A model generated the notes under the pieces. That model saw only the letters and a program-made list of their open reading frames with translations, did not search any database and was not told the DNA's origin. From the human T2T-CHM13v2.0 reference genome, Homo sapiens, in assembly GCF_009914755.1 (NCBI RefSeq), contig NC_060939.1: 64,000 nucleotides of DNA. The stretch is one strand, 5' to 3'. Within the stretch, counting starts at the first letter, position 1, and every line of letters begins with the position of its first letter. Positions 56,851 through 64,000 of the stretch are shown here, in pieces. The translations under genes and the position numbers were made by a program.

Positions 56851-56929
56851 TATTTTTATATCTATCCATCAATATCTAAACTAAACATGGTATCTCTGAC
56901 TCTAATCTAGCACCACATTGTTCATTCTA

Positions 56930-57303
<374 letters not shown>

Positions 57304-57817
57304 TCAAAATCTAACAACAATAAAAAATAAACTCAAGACCCAGATTACTTTATAGGCAAGTGTTACCAGGTAAAGACTAGACACCATTTTAAATGTGCAT
57401 TTGAAAAACATCAAGACCTCAACAAATGGAAAAAATATGCCATGTTCCTTAGATAGAATCTTTATCTAAAGATATCAATTCTCTCCAAAAACAATCTCTA
57501 TATTTAATGCAACTTTAAATAGAATCCCAAAAGGGTTTTTCATGAAACTTGATGAGCTGAATCAAAAATTTATATGGAAGATCAAAAAAATAGTAATAGC
57601 CAAGACAATACTAAAAGAACAGGAAGGAGGCTTGCCTTACTGTAAATTAATTACAGCAGCTGAGTCTTGGAGCAAGAACAGACACACAAATATAACAGAA
57701 TATAGAGCCCAGAAACAATACCTACACACAGCTGGAAACTTGTTATATGATAAAAGTGGCAGTGTCGATCAGGGCAGAAAACATACTAGCTATTGAATGG
57801 TGCTAGGAAAAACATAA

Positions 57818-58128
<311 letters not shown>

Positions 58129-59133
58129 AGGCCCTATATTTAAAAAGTAAAGATTAAAACTCTTAGAATAAAATATATGATATTTAGAACATCAAGATAA
58201 GGAAGGATTTTTTAAAAAAGAAACAAAACCCATAAATCACAAAGGATAACTATTGTTTATTCAATTATATTAAAATATAAAACTTTAAAATAAAAGACAC
58301 CTTCCAGTGTGGAAAAAATAATTCACAGACTGAGGGAAGATATTTGCAATATATTTAACCAAAAATGTATTAGAATAAAAAAACATATTTATATGTTTAC
58401 AAATCAGAAAAAGACAAAGAACTGAATAGAAAAATGGGCAGAATATACAAACCAGCATATCACAGATGAGCAAACCAGCACAGACAAAAACACACCAAAA
58501 ATATGCTGCATCTCACTAATATATGAGGAAATGCAAATTAAATCCACAGTGGGATACTATCTCGAACACATCAGATTTGCAAAAACTCAAAAGCCTTACA
58601 AGCTCCCTGAACTCAGCATTTTCCCTTCTCTTAAGTCATTCAAAGGCAACAGGAGAAAATAACAACAGAAACACAAACTCTACGTTTGATGAAATTTAAA
58701 AAAACATTTGAATCCCAATCCACAAATATATGTGGACTACTAAAAGCAATGAAGATCAAACAGGGGTGTGGAGGGAAAGGGATCAAGGATGCCTACAACT
58801 TCTGAGCTCACAGACACCTACAGGGTGCCCGTGCCAAAGGGAGGAACACACCTTAAACTGCAAAGCCAAAATAATGGATGGGGTGCATGGACTTGTGGCA
58901 GGAACTTCTCTGGAATGGATTTAGTTATGGGAAATATTGGGGGCGGGGCTGACTGACAAATCCCAGAAGCAAGACTCTTTAAGGAGAAGCTGTGTATTCC
59001 AACAGCTGCCTATCTCATTCGGCTGAGCAACGATAAAGCTAAAGGAACTCCTGCACCCTGAAAGGACAGTTCCTGCCGCAGCACAAGCAGCCTACGCCCC
59101 TCCCTGAGACTCTTATTCTGAAATAGCTGGTGT

Positions 59134-59490
59134 CTGTAGCAGGGTTCTTCACAGAAACAAATAGGATGTGTACATAGAGAGAAAGAGATTTATCATAAGG
59201 AAGCAGCTCACAATTATGGAGGCTGGCAAATCCAGAATCTGCGGCGTGGGCCAGCAGGCTGAAGACGCAGGAGAGCTAATGGTGCAGGTGAGGTCTAAAG
59301 GCAGAGTCTGCTGCAGAACGGCCTCTTGCTCGGGGAGGTCAGTCTTTTTGCTCAGTTCAGGCCTTTAACTGATTGGATGAGGCGCACCTACATTAGGCAG
59401 AGCAGTCTGCTTTACTCAGAGTTCACCAATTTAAATGTTAATCTCATCCCAAAACACCCTCCAAATTGACACATAACATTACCCATTACA
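59134..59490. mobile_element. MLT2-like LTR
   Basis: cagggttcttcacagaaaca...actgattggatgaggcgcacctacatt...ttgacacataacattacccattaca. Confidence 0.75.
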
Positions 59491-59491
59491 G

Positions 59492-61740
59492 TGTCTTAGG
59501 TCTGGTTCCTTAGAAGCAGAGCCTGAGGCAGGGACTGGGGACACTTGTTGTACAGGGAGAATACTCCCAGGAGACAGGGAGAGAGGGAAGCAGGGAGGAA
59601 AAATAGCTAAACAAACACGTGGTCTCAGCTGCAGCCTCGCTTCAGTCTGGTCCCACGGGGACCTCTGCAGCACAAATTGCAAGAGGTGGTCCCACTTTGG
59701 AGCAAGGGACCTGGCCTTCTGAGCCCCTCTGTCTGTCGGGGATTGACTGCTGACGGCCTCAGGGTTACGGGTATGAGTGAGAACTTAACCCCTCAGGTGC
59801 GATGGTTCATTGCATGTGCTTTCTTGGCTAGGCTATGATGCCCAGCAGTTCAGTCAAACACTAGCATAGATATTGCTATGAAGGTATTTTGTAGATGTGA
59901 CTAATTTACAATAAGTTGACTTTAAGTAAAGGGCATTACCCTCAGTAATGTGGGTCGGCCTCGTTTAATCAGTTGAAAAGCATTAGGAGCAAAAACTGAG
60001 GTTTCTCAGAAAAGGAGGAATTCTGCCTTAAAGACTGCAACTCTTGCCTGGGTTTCCAGCCTGCCAGCCTGCCCTACAAATTGCAGACTTGTCAGAGCCC
60101 ACAGTTGCATGAGCCAATTCTCTCCCTCTCTCATTGATATTGTCTCTCTGAAGAACCCTGAGTGATAAAGCAGGTGTGGGACTCTCATTCAGCCAAGCAC
60201 AGATCTTTGGAGAAGGGGTTAGCTGAGGGCCATTAGCAACCAACCCTCTCAGCAGCCAGGCTGGTCAAAGGAAGCTGTGCAGGCCACCAACAGCATATAC
60301 TACAGTCCACCTCCCAAACCACTGAGATCCAATTGCTTCCCATATTAACTTCATTCAATCTAGGCACAGCTTTTCCAGGATTCTGGCTGGTCACAATTTG
60401 TGGGAACATTTACAAGAGAAGAGTTAGTGGAATGAACTACAGCCCACACCACCACAGTTTGTCTCAATCTGTCACTGATACTCATCATCTTCCTCCTCCA
60501 CCACCCACTCTAGGTTCTCTTGCCTCTCAGCGAGCACTCCTGCTGCTCTCTGTGGCTCTCAGGAGGGGTGTTCCAGACCTTTATCTCAGAGGAGTCTGAA
60601 GCTCAAGTTATGCTTTACTCAGACCATGGTTGCTATATTTACCCATTTTTACATGCAAAATTTCACATAGAAAAAAGCAAACCCAGGATCACCTGAGTGC
60701 CAAACATATTCCTCCCTGCCCCCATCATCCCACTGTATAGCAGCAGCTCTGTGTCTTCCTGATGATCAGATCAATTACCCCTGCTGGAGCTGTAACCCCT
60801 TCCTTTGCCTGCTGATCTACCAGCATGAGGAGGCCAAAGTGGCCAGGCTGCAGCCATAGCTGTAAGATTATTGGGACTCCTATGGCGTCCTCCAATAGAA
60901 GCATTTCCCGCTCCTGCCCCCAGGAACCAGGAGCTCTAGACCCACAGAGTCTAAAGTTTCTGTGAAGAGAAGCATAAATTCCCCAGGTGGGTCACTTAGA
61001 ATAGTGATGAGCAGAGCCACTACTACTTCTACCGCTTGGACCCTGGACCATCCATTCTACCTAGTGGGGACAAATGCACATGCAATGGCCATTGGCTTCA
61101 GATGTGTATTGCATCCTGAAGATAGCACACTATCCCCAAACTAGCTCCTCCATGCATCTTCAGGAGGCCATCTCGCCACTCTATTGGGCAATAGTTGGTG
61201 GTTGATGTGATATGCACCACACTGCCTCCCTTACTCTAAGTTGCTGTTATGCACAGTCATATGTAGATTAGACATTGTGTAAGTCGTTGGATTGTCGTGC
61301 TTGCTGAGGTGCAGGAAGCCGGAAAGGTAATCCACATACAGAATGTGTGTCCATTTCAGTAAGTATGAATTGTCCTTTTCAGGACAGAAGGGGTCCTGTA
61401 TAATCAGCTTGCCATCAGCGGTCAGTTGAGCTCCTGGGTGCCTTATTGCAGACTCGGTGTCAGTCTTTGCAGCTGGCAGGTTCGACAATCAGCAGTGGTG
61501 TCAGTAGCTAGGTCAGTCTTGGAATGGGGATCCTATGCTATTGGACCCCTGTACTGCCTCCATCTCTGCTCCATTTGGGAGCACAAACATTAAGATGGCT
61601 GAGGACAGGGCTGATTGACAACCACTGGACGATCCATCCCACTCATCTGGTTGTTCAGTCCTTCTGCGAGTGGTCAGCACTGTCATTAGCATAAACATGC
61701 TCACCCTTTGTGCCTACTCCCAAAAGGGCTCAGCTGCACT
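59492..61740 (-). mobile_element. Degraded ERVL provirus 3' part: LTR33/LTR16-like LTR (59492-60304, split by an MLT2 at ~59798-60150) plus internal pol/integrase remnant
   Basis: PPT-like GTCCACCT at 60305; minus strand ~61320-61410 reads ADYTGPF..FILTEMDTHSVCGLPFP, resembling the ERVL integrase DYIGPL..FVLTGIDTYSGYGFAFP with frameshifts. Confidence 0.65.
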
Positions 61741-62010
61741 GCAGACTGGGCAGAATAGGCCAAGTGACAGGCCAGCCCTGGTACTGGTGACTAACAGCCT
61801 GCTGGACCTCCCTGCCCTAGTCCTGAGCTTGAGCTCTGCCGGCTGGCTCTGGGCCTGGCCCTGGAGGAGTCCACAGGTTGCAAGAAGTACCTTGTGCAAT
61901 CCACACTGGAAGCCTGTCCTCACCCAGATCAGGGTGGAGCTGAGGGGGCCCTCAGGGTTTCAGGGCCTGGGTGTAACAGCAGCCAGTCAGATCAGGGTAG
62001 ATACACACAG

Positions 62011-62012
<2 letters not shown>

Positions 62013-62057
<45 letters not shown>
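62013..62057. repeat. (CA)n microsatellite
   Basis: Directly visible. Confidence 0.97.
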
Positions 62058-62060
<3 letters not shown>

Positions 62061-62604
62061 TATCCCTGGGGCTCAGCCCAGCTCACTCTGGAGGCTGAAG
62101 GCACTCCTGTCAGCCCTGTATCTGGCTTCATTGGAAGTTTCCCAAATGCAAAGACTTTTTGTTGTTGTTGTTGAACTCAGGCCCCTTACTTTCTCCACAT
62201 TCATGCCTAAAACACAAGATGCAAAAAAAAAAAAGCCAAGTGCTCAAAGGCATACGGTAGTATGGTGGCTAATTCTTTGGGTGTTGGAATTAAAAAAAAA
62301 AAAAAGCCCTGAGTTTGAGTTCAAGGTATGGCTTTGTCACTTTTGACTTTAATGTTCTTGGATAAATAACAATTCTCTGAGCCTCAGTCTCTACATCTAT
62401 AAAACATGAATAATATTACCTCCCTCACAGAATTGTGAGGATAAAGGAAAACACATATGTAAAATGTTTGACACAAAACAAGTATTCAACAGAGGCTATA
62501 TAACAATATTATTAAAAACAAGAGTTTGTGATAAAATAGGGAACACAGAGAGAAAACCCAAAATAAATGCAGAAGACAGAAAGAAATGGGAAACACCGAA
62601 GACC

Positions 62605-63040
62605 CTGTGGCAAGCATGAAAATCAGACCTCCTTCAAAAGAACCTGCTGCAGGCTTATAGTGACCACCAGTCCCTGGCCACCCTCTGGAGCTATCACTGC
62701 GTTCACACCAAGGCCACGCTTTCTTGAGTTACTCCTAGCCAAAGACAGAACGTGGTGGGGCACTAGTGTCTGCCCATTCCTGTGGGATATGGGACCCCTC
62801 TAATGGGCAACTATGGCTCCAGGACTCCCATCAGCCGGGCTGGAATTTTCTTAGAACTGAGTCTGAGGCCCTTCCTTCCATCGCCCCTTCCTTCCCTGTC
62901 TCCTTTCATAGGTGTCCAAATGGTATTACAATCTGAAGGCTCTCCTGCCCCTTTCCTTCCTCATTCACAGGTGTTTCCTTTAACAAGTCTCTGGCACAAA
63001 TAATCCCATCTTGGCCACTTTAGAGCACCTGAACTAACAC
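62605..63040 (+). mobile_element. LTR16-like ERVL LTR
   Basis: tgtggc...aataatcccatcttggcc...ctgaactaacaca. Confidence 0.6.
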
Positions 63041-64000
63041 AGGCCCCTTCCCTAATGCTGGGCTTTCTTAGAGGGAGGGTCCTGAGAGGATCTGTCCCAA
63101 ATCTGTGTTGTGCACCACCTGGGTGAGGGCAGCCGCAGTTCCAGGTTGACATGAAATTCTTAGATCATGGAGCTTGAATGGGAAACAGGAAGTGAGTGTC
63201 CTTGGGACATGCTATGATGCCTGATGGTTCATGTTCCTCTCTGTACCTGAAGTCGCCCCTCAGATTAAGCAATCCCTGCCTCTTCCTGCCCCCACTCCCT
63301 AGGCTGGCTCCTCTGGCCTGCACTTCAAATTCATCCTGCTTGTGCATAAACATAATTAGTGTGAATGCTTTGTTTGGTTGAACCAGTATTCTATATAGGT
63401 CTGGGGAGGAGTTTATTGTTGGCTTCTCTGAAGCCATAAATGTAAAGGAGAGCTTTAGGTGGGATGTGGCTCCCTGGGCAGGGAGACAAGCTGCAGACGT
63501 GGCCCAAGCCTAGGAGAGCTGGGAAACTCCAGCCCAGGGAGGGCTGTGGCTATGCCCACTTGCAGGTTGGGTTAAATCCCCAGCCTTTGCAGGGACAGAG
63601 TGTAGCCCTCAGGGTCCTGGGGGTTCTGGGTCAGATAAGGGTCTCTGGAGACTTCCCTCCACCCCTCATCCCAGGACCCAGTGCATCAGGGAAGTCCTCA
63701 AGGTCTGCAGCATGGCGCTGTGGCCGCACAGGTGCAACAAGTGGTCGTAAAAGTCTTTCACCTTGAACATCATGTAGTACAGAGAATAGGGTGAGGAAAA
63801 GTCACAAAGGTGTAATTGGCTTCCCTGCCTCCAAGGAGAGAGGAGATTAAGAGCAGGTCACAGAAGGCTTCCACCCATCTAGTAAGCTGAGGTCTCAAGG
63901 TTGGGAACAAGCCAGGCTTCATGCTTGGAAACATAGAAATGTTGCATTTTCTGGATTCAGACACATGTAACCACATGTAACCAGCACTACAGTGTCATAT

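Overview
Human (hominid) genomic DNA from the group IV cytosolic phospholipase A2 cluster (chr15q15, from recall). The window holds the complete PLA2G4D (cPLA2-delta) gene on the minus strand. All 20 coding exons were resolved by hand with GT-AG boundaries and join into an uninterrupted 818-aa ORF (ATG 34449-34451, TGA 8707-8709) with catalytic Ser361 and Asp647. This haplotype encodes Arg275 and Thr434. The rest is intronic or intergenic and dominated by Alu, L1, L2/MIR, LTR (LTR13, MER50, MER57, MER21, MaLR, ERVL) and hAT DNA-transposon relics. I found no convincing new protein-coding system. The best unexplained structures are: (1) a ~1.26-kb non-Alu/non-L1 retrocopy with polyA signal, tail, 13-bp TSD and L1-endonuclease site (41089-42378); (2) a 291-bp two-segment local templated insertion inside an LTR in intron 1; (3) a second 97-bp local copy inside a MIR; (4) a 3 x 63-bp repeat upstream of the promoter; (5) an inverted Alu pair bracketing in-frame exons 4-9; (6) a perfect G-quadruplex motif on the exon 4 donor; (7) an extended CTCF site and an intragenic CpG/NRF1 element. 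Repeat subfamily names and most repeat boundaries are approximate and come from memory of consensus sequences.
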